This document shows positions 16,246 to 25,445 of a stretch of DNA of 64,000 nt, in pieces. The stretch is from an uncultured Eubacteriales bacterium. Lineage in GTDB: Bacteria; Bacillota; Clostridia; Oscillospirales; CAG-382. Under the pieces are notes generated by a model. It did not search any database. It saw only the letters and a program-made list of their open reading frames with translations, and was not told the DNA's origin. The stretch covers positions 19,861 through 83,860 of the forward strand of contig CAKSEL010000010.1 in assembly GCA_934446675.1 (NCBI GenBank), in the 5' to 3' direction. The translations under genes were made by a program, and so were the position numbers. Position 1 is the stretch's first letter. Each line of letters opens with the position of its first letter.

Positions 16246-17358
16246 ATGATTTTTACCGTAGATAAGGACGAGTTCGAGAAAGCCATAATACCGGTAAGTA
16301 TAGTGGCGCAGAATAAGTCGTCGGAGGCAAGCCTTTCCGGCGTTTATATGGAGGCAAAAGATAATAAACTCGTGCTGTATTGCTATGATATAGAGCGCGG
16401 TATAAGAACCGAGATAGACGCCGACGTAAAAAAAGAAGGCTGTATAATAGCCGATTATCAGATAGTGCCTATTATACATTCGCTTAACGGCGGAGAAGTC
16501 TATATCGAAGTAGATGATAATTATATAATTAATATAAAGAATGATGAATCCGAACTTCAGATAATGGGCAGAGACGGCTCGTCGTATCCGAAAATTCCCG
16601 AAGTCAGAGGATTTTCAAGCTTTACAATAAGCCGCAGACAGCTTAAAAATGTTATATCAAAGACTATGTTCGCAGTGTCTGATGATGAGTCTAAGCCTAT
16701 ACTTAAAGGCTCGCTGTTTGAAATTTCAGACGGTAAACTCACAGTCAGCGCAATAGACGGATTCAGATTTACCGTAAGAACCGAAAAAAGTACCGTTGAT
16801 AAGTCCGATCTTAATGTAAGCTTTATTCTGCCCGGTAAGGCTGAACAGAACCTGCTCAGAATTATTGATGACAGCGATGATAATATAAGCTGTGAACTTG
16901 CAAATAAACATATAATTTTTGTTATGGATAACCTTTATATCCTTATCCGTTTGCTTGAGGGTGATTTTCCGTCTTATCAGAAGTTTATTCCGCAGTATGA
17001 TGTTAAGGCTGTCGTTGATAAACAGGAACTTATTGCAAGCCTTGAAAGAGTTAATATTATTAACGCTAAAAAGAAAACCTCCGCTAAACTTACTTTCGTT
17101 AATGATCAGCTTAAAATTTTCTGTAAAACCGATCTCGGTCAGGTTTCCGATGTTATCTCTATCTATATGGAGGGCGATCCTATCGAGGCTAATTTTAATC
17201 AGTCTTACCTCCTTGACGCTCTCCGCGCCTGCGATGATGAAAAAGTCGTCCTTAGAGTAGCCGGTCAGGGCAGAGGTCTCGTTATCGTTGCCCGTGAAGA
17301 AGATGAAAAAGATGATTCCTCTTATCTCCAGCTCGTTATGCCTGTCAGAGCAAGATAG
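16246..17358 (+). CDS. dnaN: DNA polymerase III beta sliding clamp
   Basis: 370 aa, three-domain clamp length, with the motif LLEGDFPSYQKFIP. Lies downstream of the DnaA boxes. Confidence 0.93.
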   Translation: MIFTVDKDEFEKAIIPVSIVAQNKSSEASLSGVYMEAKDNKLVLYCYDIERGIRTEIDADVKKEGCIIADYQIVPIIHSLNGGEVYIEVDDNYIINIKNDESELQIMGRDGSSYPKIPEVRGFSSFTISRRQLKNVISKTMFAVSDDESKPILKGSLFEISDGKLTVSAIDGFRFTVRTEKSTVDKSDLNVSFILPGKAEQNLLRIIDDSDDNISCELANKHIIFVMDNLYILIRLLEGDFPSYQKFIPQYDVKAVVDKQELIASLERVNIINAKKKTSAKLTFVNDQLKIFCKTDLGQVSDVISIYMEGDPIEANFNQSYLLDALRACDDEKVVLRVAGQGRGLVIVAREEDEKDDSSYLQLVMPVRAR

Positions 17359-18268
17359 AAACATTTTCGCCGAAGAAGAATACGCGCTTTCTTTTTAAAA
17401 AGAAAGCTGCAAAGAAAACGGGGAACGCGCTTTTCTGAAGAAAAGCTGAGCGCTCTAAAGAGTGTAAACAAAAGACTTTCGTAGCCCTTAAATAAAAATA
17501 AAGCTGTTGGCAACTCTGTGCCGCCAGCTTGTACCGTTCGCAGTCGAACAGCAGGACTGCGAACTCAAATCTAAGCAGGTGCCGAAGTAAACTATGGAAG
17601 TTGTGTACTATTGGTAACTTTGAAAAGTGAAACCCCTTTGCAACAGCGAAATAAAGTAAAAATTTCACTTCGCACCCGCGAAACAAAAACTAACATTTGT
17701 AAAAGTCATCTTGCCGTAGGCAAGCTGGGCAGAAAAATTTGTCCTGTTGACTGTTTGAATATATTAAGAGTAACATTCTTGCCAAAATAGTTTAACTTCG
17801 TACAGAACCCCATATCCGCGCGTCAGTCGCGCGGCGATTTTGCCGTAAGTTACACGGACGTACCGTAGTAGCAAGGCGGTCACGCTTGTGAGAATAATAG
17901 AGGTGAGAAAAGCTGTGTTTCGGGCAAAATCCTTCCGTCGGGGGATTGTCAAGGGGCGAGTAGTCCCTTGAACGGCTTTTCGACCACTTTTCGCCGCCGA
18001 AAAGTGCATATTTAAAGTTGCACTTTGAAGAATATAACCCGTTTCAGCTCAAAATAATCTGAAGTCAGCCACACGCAAGTGTAGTTCGCTTTCGCGGCGG
18101 CGTTTGAGCCGCGAAAATCTTTTGTCATTTATCCTCGCAGGGGACTTTTTCGATTCCGAAAAGTGAGAGAATAGAGTTGCAATTAGAAGTGAGTTATCCT
18201 TTTTAACCCAAAATAAGTAACACTCAGCCAAACAAAAAGTATTAAAAAATTTTGAAAAAAGAATATAG
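17359..18268 (+). repeat. Mosaic intergenic repeat, copy 5 (910 bp)
   Basis: A palindrome 17386-17407, a 60-bp insertion at 17421-17480, hairpin B allele ii 17536-17564, hairpin C allele ii 17710-17724, D allele a variant, S2-like spacer and two Z units. Confidence 0.93.
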
Positions 18269-20506
18269 GTGAAAAACTTGCCGAAAAAAAAGCAAATCGT
18301 AAAAGAATCCCTGCCGGAGGCAGTAATCTCCGATCAGAAAATAACCGATACATTGAAAAATAATTATATGCCGTATGCAATGAGCGTAATTATCTCAAGA
18401 GCAATACCGGAGATAGACGGATTTAAGCCGGCACATAGAAAACTTCTCTATACAATGTATAAAATGGGACTTCTTACCGGAAACAGAACAAAGTCGTCAA
18501 ACGTAGTCGGACAGACAATGAAACTTAATCCGCACGGAGATGCCGCAATATATGAAACTCTCGTAAGACTTACACGCGGAAATGACGCACTTCTCTGCCC
18601 TTTTGTCGATTCAAAGGGATCTTTCGGTAAGGTTTATTCGGATATGGCTTTCGCTGCGGCAAGATATACCGAGGTAAAACTCGATGAATTCTGCGAAACC
18701 GTGTTCCGCGGTATAGATAAAGACGCCGTTGAAATGGTAGATAACTATGACGGTACAATGAAAGAACCGACATTGCTGCCTACGGCTTTTCCAAATATAC
18801 TTGTTTCGGCAAATATGGGTATCGCAGTCGGTATGGCGTCAAAATTCTGTTCTTTTAACCTTGGCGAGGTCTGTGACGCTGTAATAGAGTATATTAAAGA
18901 CGAAAATGTTGATCTGACCGAAATTATAAAGGCTCCCGATTTTTCTACCGGCGCATATCTTATCTATGATAAACAGCAGATAAAAAATATCTATGAAACC
19001 GGTACGGGTTCGTTTAAATTAAGATCAAAGTATAGCTATAATAAAAAAGATAACTGTATAGAAATAACCGAAATACCTTACGGCGCGAAAGTCGAGGCTA
19101 TAATAGATAAAATTTCGGCAATGGCAAAGGAAGGTAAAGTCAAGGAAATTTCCGATGTCAGAGATGAAACGGGACTTGACGGACTGCGGCTCACAATAGA
19201 CTTGAAACGCGGAGCAGATCCCGAAAAGCTTATGAAAAAGCTCATGAAAAATACCCAGCTTGAGGATAGTTTTTCATGTAATTTCAATGTGCTTATAGCC
19301 GGAACTCCCAGAACTCTCGGTATAAGAAGTATAATTGAAGAATGGACAGCATGGAGAAGCGAGTGCATAAAACGGGAGCTTTATTTTGATCTTGAAAAGA
19401 TGAAAGCAAAACTGCACCTGCTCTACGGTCTGAAAGAACTGCTTGTCGATATAGATAAGGCAATTAAGATAATACGCGAAACCGAAAAGGAAAAGGACGT
19501 TGTTCCCAACCTTATGAAAGGCTTTTCGATTGATGAAATTCAGGCGGATTATATCGCGGAAATTAAATTGAGATACCTGAACCGCGAATATATACTCAAC
19601 AGGCTGTCCGAAACCGAGGAGCTTGAGAAAAAGATAGACGAAACCGAGAATATTCTTAAAAGCGAGAAAAAAGTCCGCGGCGTAATATCAAAACAGCTTG
19701 CCGATATTAAAAAGAAGTACGCAAAACCCAGAAGAACAGAGATTGTTTACGATAAACCCGAAGAATATACAGAAGAGCCGGAAATTCTCGATTATCCCGT
19801 AATAGCCGTTGTCACCAAAGACGGATATTTTAAGAAGATTTTGCCGCCGAAGAGCGCAAACGCTAAGGTTGAAGAGCATAAGCTTAAAGAAAATGATGAG
19901 ATCGTGTTTAATGAAACCGTTACAAATGACTGCGATCTGATTGCGTTTACCGATAAGTGCCAGGCATATAAGGCAAAACTTGATGATTTCGATGAAATTA
20001 AACCGTCCGCACTCGGAGATTATATCCCGGCAAAGCTGAAATTTGATGACGGTGAAAATGTAATGTTTATCTGCGTTACTAAGGATTATTCCGGATCGGT
20101 TGCGTTCTTCTATGAAAACGGTAAGGCGCTGACCGTTCCGCTTAAAGCTTATGAAACAAAAACCAACCGTAAAAAGCTTGCCAATGCGTATAGTGCGGAC
20201 AGTAAGCCCGTAGGTATATTCTTTGTTCCGCAAAATACCGGACGCAGCTCGAGCGTTGATTTTCTGCTTAAAACAAGCGGCTCTAAGGCTATGATCGTTA
20301 ATTCTTCCCTGCTTACCGAAAAGGTTACGCGCTCCTCTTCCGGCGTTATCGTGTTTACTCTTAAAAAGGGTCAGATACTTACCGATGTATCACTTTTCAC
20401 CGATGATGGCTCAGAAGAAATGAAAGAATTTTCCCGCTATCGCAAAACCAAAGTACCCAGCACCGGTACTACCATTACCTCCGGCAAACAACTTTCCCTT
20501 ATATAA
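18269..20506 (+). CDS. Type IIA topoisomerase subunit A (GyrA/ParC family)
   Basis: Active-site region FAAARYTEVKL and KLNPHGDAAIYETLVRL. At 745 aa it is shorter than typical GyrA, and no B subunit is adjacent. The start may be TTG 18278, preceded by AGGTGA. Confidence 0.9.
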   Translation: MKNLPKKKQIVKESLPEAVISDQKITDTLKNNYMPYAMSVIISRAIPEIDGFKPAHRKLLYTMYKMGLLTGNRTKSSNVVGQTMKLNPHGDAAIYETLVRLTRGNDALLCPFVDSKGSFGKVYSDMAFAAARYTEVKLDEFCETVFRGIDKDAVEMVDNYDGTMKEPTLLPTAFPNILVSANMGIAVGMASKFCSFNLGEVCDAVIEYIKDENVDLTEIIKAPDFSTGAYLIYDKQQIKNIYETGTGSFKLRSKYSYNKKDNCIEITEIPYGAKVEAIIDKISAMAKEGKVKEISDVRDETGLDGLRLTIDLKRGADPEKLMKKLMKNTQLEDSFSCNFNVLIAGTPRTLGIRSIIEEWTAWRSECIKRELYFDLEKMKAKLHLLYGLKELLVDIDKAIKIIRETEKEKDVVPNLMKGFSIDEIQADYIAEIKLRYLNREYILNRLSETEELEKKIDETENILKSEKKVRGVISKQLADIKKKYAKPRRTEIVYDKPEEYTEEPEILDYPVIAVVTKDGYFKKILPPKSANAKVEEHKLKENDEIVFNETVTNDCDLIAFTDKCQAYKAKLDDFDEIKPSALGDYIPAKLKFDDGENVMFICVTKDYSGSVAFFYENGKALTVPLKAYETKTNRKKLANAYSADSKPVGIFFVPQNTGRSSSVDFLLKTSGSKAMIVNSSLLTEKVTRSSSGVIVFTLKKGQILTDVSLFTDDGSEEMKEFSRYRKTKVPSTGTTITSGKQLSLI

Positions 20507-21285
20507 GGACGCGAAGGGGAACGCGCTGAAGGTTACGCGCTTTCTTTTTAAAAAGAAAGCTGCAAAGAAAACGGTAGCCCCTAATTTAGAAAAGAATTGT
20601 TGGATACTCTCTGCCTCCGGCTTGTACCGTCAGCCACCAAAAGTCAGGCGGCTGACTTAAATGTGAACAATGGTGCCGAAGCAAGCTATGGAAATTCAGT
20701 ACAAATGGTTGCTTTGAAAAGTGAAATAATTACGCACCGACGAAACACAAAACTAATACTTGTAAAAGTCATCTTGCCGTAGGCAAGATGGGCAGAAAAA
20801 TGAGTCCTGTTGACTGTTGGAGAATATAAAAAATAACACTTTTTCCGAAATGGTTTGAGTTTGTACAAACCCCATTATCGAGCAGTGCGGAGCATCTGCG
20901 AGCGATTTTGCCGTAGGTTGTGTGGACGCACCGTAGTAACAAGTGGTCACTTTGGTAAAAGCGGTTGAGGGGTAGAAATCCGAGTTCAAGGCAAAATCCC
21001 CCACGTAGCCACGCTTTCGCGGCGGCGTTTGAGCCGCGAAAATCTTTTGTAACTTTTTCGATTCCGAAAAGTTAGAGAATAGAGTTGCACATGGCAGTGA
21101 ATAACCCGTTTCCGCTCAAACAGGCAAAAATCAGCCAAACAAAAAACATCTTTCAGCTTTTCTACTTAGAAAAGCGTCAGTATAAAGTCGCACTTTGAAA
21201 AAAGTAACCCGTTTCCGCCCAAAAAAAAGTAAGTAAAATTTAAATATTTACCCAAAATTTAAGAAGAAGAAAAGGAGAATTTTCC
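20507..21285 (+). repeat. Mosaic intergenic repeat, copy 6 (779 bp)
   Basis: A palindrome 20539-20560, hairpin B allele iii 20629-20656, C allele ii, D allele b, S2, E hairpin 21016-21040, F hairpins at 21051-21073 and 21156-21175. Confidence 0.93.
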
Positions 21286-22695
21286 GTGGTAAAAATTTAT
21301 AGCTTTCCAGAAAAAGAGGAACAGAGCACAGAATTCAAAGTAAAAATCAATGGAGAAAACACTGCTTGCTATAAGGCAAGAGTGTCCGCAGAACCGTTTA
21401 ATCAGGTCTGGCCCGGCTATCAGAGACCGATAGAGCAGACAGAACTTACTTCTTTCGTTTCGCTTGGAGCAGATGAACCGGTAAAACTCGAAGTTGAGTG
21501 TGAGTATGATACAAAAAATGTCTGCATAAAACCCTTTTCAAAGAACGTAAAGGTAAACGCGGACGGAAATAAGTGTACATTTGAACTTCCGGGCGTCGGA
21601 CAGTACGTTCTTGAATACGGTACAAGACATAAGGTGCTTCATATATTCGTAAACCCCGTTAAGGATTTCGGCGTTGATGAAAACGATCCCGATGTTATAT
21701 ACTTCGGCAAGGGTACTCATTATATAGATACGCCCATAAACCTTAAAGATAATCAGACTCTTTATATAGACGAAGGCGCAGTGCTTTACGGCTCGGTGTC
21801 TACAAGCGACGCAAAGAACGTGAAAATTCTCGGTTACGGTATACTCGATAATTCGCTGTTTGAGCGCGGTAATGGAGATCCCGTAAGATTCAGCCATTGC
21901 GAAAATGTTTACGTCGAGGGTATAACCGTCCGCGATTCGTCAACCTGGACAATGCATATGTACGGCTGTAATAACTGTATCGTCGATAATATAAAGTTTA
22001 TCGGAATGTGGAGATATAATTCCGACGGCTGTGACTTTACAAACTCGACTAACTGCGTGCTCAGAAACAGTTTTCTGCGTAATTATGACGACTGTGTCGT
22101 AGTTAAGGGACTTTTCCCCAATACTCACCTTAATGTGCAAAATATTTTCGTCGAAAACTGCGTTACTTGGTGCGACTGGGGACGTAATATCGAGATAGGC
22201 GCCGAAACCTGCGCAGATACTTTTGATATGATAACTTTCAGAAATTGCGATATAATCCATGTAACTCATATTCCGCTTGACGTTCAGCACGGCGACCGCG
22301 CAGTTGTTACAAATGTGCTCTTTGATGATATACGTATCGAATATGATGATGAGTATGAGGAGGCTAAACTCCAGACCTTTAAAGGCGAAGTTTATGACCA
22401 TGAGAAAATGGACGGTATTCCCGTTATCTCCTGCGTTAATACCATAAGAACCATGTACTCTAAAGATGATCATACCGGCTCTGTCTCCGGCGTTACTTTT
22501 AAAGACGTTAAGGCTGTTAATACTCATGGCAGAGTTCCCGGTTTCTGGGTCGGCGAAGTCGATGGTAACGGTGTGGTTTCCGATATTAATGTTGTTAACC
22601 TTACAGTTGACGGTAAAAAAATCACTTCCGTTGAAGAAGCCCGCGTTGGTACTCCCTCCGGCTGCAATCCTGACAAATACATTACCGTAAAATAA
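21286..22695 (+). CDS. Glycoside hydrolase family 28-like (pectinase-type beta-helix)
   Basis: GH28-type motifs YNSDGCDF and NYDDCVVVKG with repetitive beta-helix turns. GTG start with SD AAGGAG. Confidence 0.8.
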   Translation: MVKIYSFPEKEEQSTEFKVKINGENTACYKARVSAEPFNQVWPGYQRPIEQTELTSFVSLGADEPVKLEVECEYDTKNVCIKPFSKNVKVNADGNKCTFELPGVGQYVLEYGTRHKVLHIFVNPVKDFGVDENDPDVIYFGKGTHYIDTPINLKDNQTLYIDEGAVLYGSVSTSDAKNVKILGYGILDNSLFERGNGDPVRFSHCENVYVEGITVRDSSTWTMHMYGCNNCIVDNIKFIGMWRYNSDGCDFTNSTNCVLRNSFLRNYDDCVVVKGLFPNTHLNVQNIFVENCVTWCDWGRNIEIGAETCADTFDMITFRNCDIIHVTHIPLDVQHGDRAVVTNVLFDDIRIEYDDEYEEAKLQTFKGEVYDHEKMDGIPVISCVNTIRTMYSKDDHTGSVSGVTFKDVKAVNTHGRVPGFWVGEVDGNGVVSDINVVNLTVDGKKITSVEEARVGTPSGCNPDKYITVK

Positions 22696-23565
22696 AGAAT
22701 ACGAAGGGGTACGAAGGGGTACGCAAGAATACGCGCTTTCTTTTTAAAAAGAAAGCTGCAAAGAAAACGGTAGCCCTTAAATAAGAAAAAAGCTGTGGGA
22801 TATTCTCTGCCGCCAGCTTGTTCCGTCCGCAGTCGAACAGCAGGACTGCGGACTAAGATGTAAACAGGTGCATGAGTAAACTATGGAAACTGTGTGCTAA
22901 GGGTAGCTTTGGAAAGTGAAATTGCTCCGCACTATCTAAACATAAAACTAAAATTCAGCAAAGTCATCTCGCGTAAGCGAGCTGGGCAGAAAAATAAGTC
23001 CTGTTGACTGTGTAATAACAGTAAAAATTAACATTTGCGCACCCAAAATAAAGTTTACGCAGACCGCGGCGTGACATGACGTAAAACTTGGCATTATGTC
23101 AACCAATCCATGTTCAGATACCAACCCCATCGAGCAGTGCGGAGCATCTGCGAGCGAAGATTGCAAACTTCGGAGGCGCGGAAAAAGCTTTACCGACGAT
23201 AGTTAGATGTGTGGAGAAGAAGCCGCGCTTTCGCTGCGGCGTTTGAGCGGCGAAAATCTTTTGTCATTTATCCTCGCAGGGGACTTTTTCGATTCCGAAA
23301 AGTGAGAGAATAGAGTTGCAGGTGGAAGTGGATAATCCGTTTTCGCCAAAAATAAGTGAAAATCAGCCACACGCAAGTGTAGTTCGCTTTCGCTGCGGCG
23401 TTTGAGCGGCGAAAATCTTTTGTTTACACTCTTTAGAGCGCCCGTCTTTTCGATTCCGAAAAGCGGAGATATAGGGTTGCACATGGAAGTGAATAATCAA
23501 TGTGGCACAAAAATATTCATTCCTCCTAAACTAATCAAAAATCACCCCAAAAAGGAATAAAAAAT
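22696..23565 (+). repeat. Mosaic intergenic repeat, copy 7 (870 bp)
   Basis: Four tandem TACG decamers (22697-22736), A palindrome 22735-22756, hairpin B allele i 22825-22853, C, V, D allele b, S3 and two E+F+Z units. Confidence 0.93.
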
Positions 23566-24714
23566 ATGCATAAACGTATCTGTGTCCTCGGCTCAACCGG
23601 CTCGATAGGAACGCAAACACTTGATGTCGCAAAACATCTCGATTTTAAAATCACAGGACTTTCCGTAAATTCAAATATAGATGTCCTCGAAAAACAAATA
23701 AAAGATTTCGACGTAAAAATCTGCGCCGTTGCCGATGAAAAACAGGCGGAAATTCTTAGAAAAAATACTGCCGGAACAGGGCTTAAAGTCCTTTCGGGTA
23801 AAAACGCAGCAAAAGAACTCGCACAGTGCTGTGACTGTAATACCGTCGTTAACGCAATAATCGGCTTTGCCGGACTTGAACCGACGCTCGCGGCTCTCGA
23901 AAGCGGAAAAAACGTCGCTATTGCAAATAAGGAAACGCTGGTTTCGGCAGGCGAACTTGTTATGAATACCGCACGTAAAAACCGCGTCGAAATAATGCCG
24001 ATAGACAGCGAACACTGCGCGCTTCATCAGTGTTTAAGGGCAGGTAAACACTCCGAAGTCAAAAGACTTGTCGTCACAGGCTCGGGCGGCCCGTTTTTCG
24101 GATATACAAAGGAAAAACTTAAAACCGTCACTAAGGAACAGGCGCTTAAACACCCTAACTGGAGTATGGGTAAGGGTATTACGGTGTATAGCTCGACGCT
24201 TGTCAATAAGGGACTTGAAATGATAGAGGCAATGCGCCTTTATGATATCCCTATGGAAAAAATCGACGTAATTATACATAGAGAAAGTATCGTTCATTCG
24301 CTTGTCGAATTCTGCGACGGCTCGATGCTCGCACAGCTCGCGAAACCCGATATGCGGCTGTGTATTCAGTACGCGCTGACATATCCAGACAGAATTGAAG
24401 GACTTACCGATAGCCTTGACCTTGCAAAAGTGTCAAAACTTACATTCTACGATGTGGATAATGATGTTTTCCCGTCGGTTGAGCTTGCAAGACGCGCGGT
24501 AAAATACGGCGGAACGTCAACCTGCGTGTATAACGCCGCAAATGAACAGTGCGTAGATCTGTTTCTGGCGGATAAAATAGGATATACTGATATTTTTGAT
24601 ATAATGGATAACTGCGTAGAAAGTATACGTAACCCCAAAACCGACCTTGAAAGTATAATAAATGACGATAAATGCGCAAGAGAGCTTGTAAATGAGCTTT
24701 CAAAAAAAGCATAA
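23566..24714 (+). CDS. dxr: 1-deoxy-D-xylulose 5-phosphate reductoisomerase
   Basis: ICVLGSTGSIGTQTLDV NADPH motif and NKGLEMIEA. 382 aa. Confidence 0.96.
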   Translation: MHKRICVLGSTGSIGTQTLDVAKHLDFKITGLSVNSNIDVLEKQIKDFDVKICAVADEKQAEILRKNTAGTGLKVLSGKNAAKELAQCCDCNTVVNAIIGFAGLEPTLAALESGKNVAIANKETLVSAGELVMNTARKNRVEIMPIDSEHCALHQCLRAGKHSEVKRLVVTGSGGPFFGYTKEKLKTVTKEQALKHPNWSMGKGITVYSSTLVNKGLEMIEAMRLYDIPMEKIDVIIHRESIVHSLVEFCDGSMLAQLAKPDMRLCIQYALTYPDRIEGLTDSLDLAKVSKLTFYDVDNDVFPSVELARRAVKYGGTSTCVYNAANEQCVDLFLADKIGYTDIFDIMDNCVESIRNPKTDLESIINDDKCARELVNELSKKA

Positions 24715-24732
24715 ACGAAAAGAGGAACTTTT

Positions 24733-25395
24733 ATGAAAAAATATAAGGGCGTCGTGTTCGATATGGACGGAACTCTGCTCGATACACTCGAAGATATGCA
24801 GTATTCCGTAAACCTTGCAATGAAAGAGTACGGCTTTCCGATGCATACGCTTGAAGATATAAGACATTTTATCAATAACGGCGCATACAGACTTATCGAA
24901 CTTTGCCTGCCCGAAGATAAACGCGACGAAAAGACCGTGACCGAGGTGCTGGGCAGATACCTTGAAATATACGCAAAGGACGTCTGCATAAAGACTCACC
25001 CGTATGACGGTATTGAAGAGCTCATGAAAAAACTGCATGACGGGGGATATAAGCTCGCAGTTGTGTCGAATAAGCCGGACGCGTGCGCAAAGCTGCTGTC
25101 GGATAAATTTTTCGGCGATACCGTAATTTATACGTCGGGATCGGGTATAGGACTTCCGACAAAGCCGGATAAAGAGTGCGTCGAAAGAGCGGCTGAACAT
25201 ATGGGGCTTGATAAAGAGGAGCTTATATTTGTCGGAGATTCCTGCGTAGACGTGCTTACGGCTCATAACGGCGGACTTGAGTGCGTCGGGGTAACATGGG
25301 GATTTCACGGTGCAAACGGCTTCGGAGAAGATGTACCGGATTATACCGTAGGAAATGCAAATGAGCTTTATAAGATTATAACCGCAGAAAAATAA
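24733..25395 (+). CDS. HAD-IA hydrolase (phosphoglycolate phosphatase-like)
   Basis: VVFDMDGTLLDT motif I, SNK motif and GDSxxD motif. Confidence 0.9.
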   Translation: MKKYKGVVFDMDGTLLDTLEDMQYSVNLAMKEYGFPMHTLEDIRHFINNGAYRLIELCLPEDKRDEKTVTEVLGRYLEIYAKDVCIKTHPYDGIEELMKKLHDGGYKLAVVSNKPDACAKLLSDKFFGDTVIYTSGSGIGLPTKPDKECVERAAEHMGLDKEELIFVGDSCVDVLTAHNGGLECVGVTWGFHGANGFGEDVPDYTVGNANELYKIITAEK

Positions 25396-25445
25396 CCGCG
25401 GTGTAATAAAAAGCAGAAACAGCAAAAAAGAAAAAACAGGAGAGT

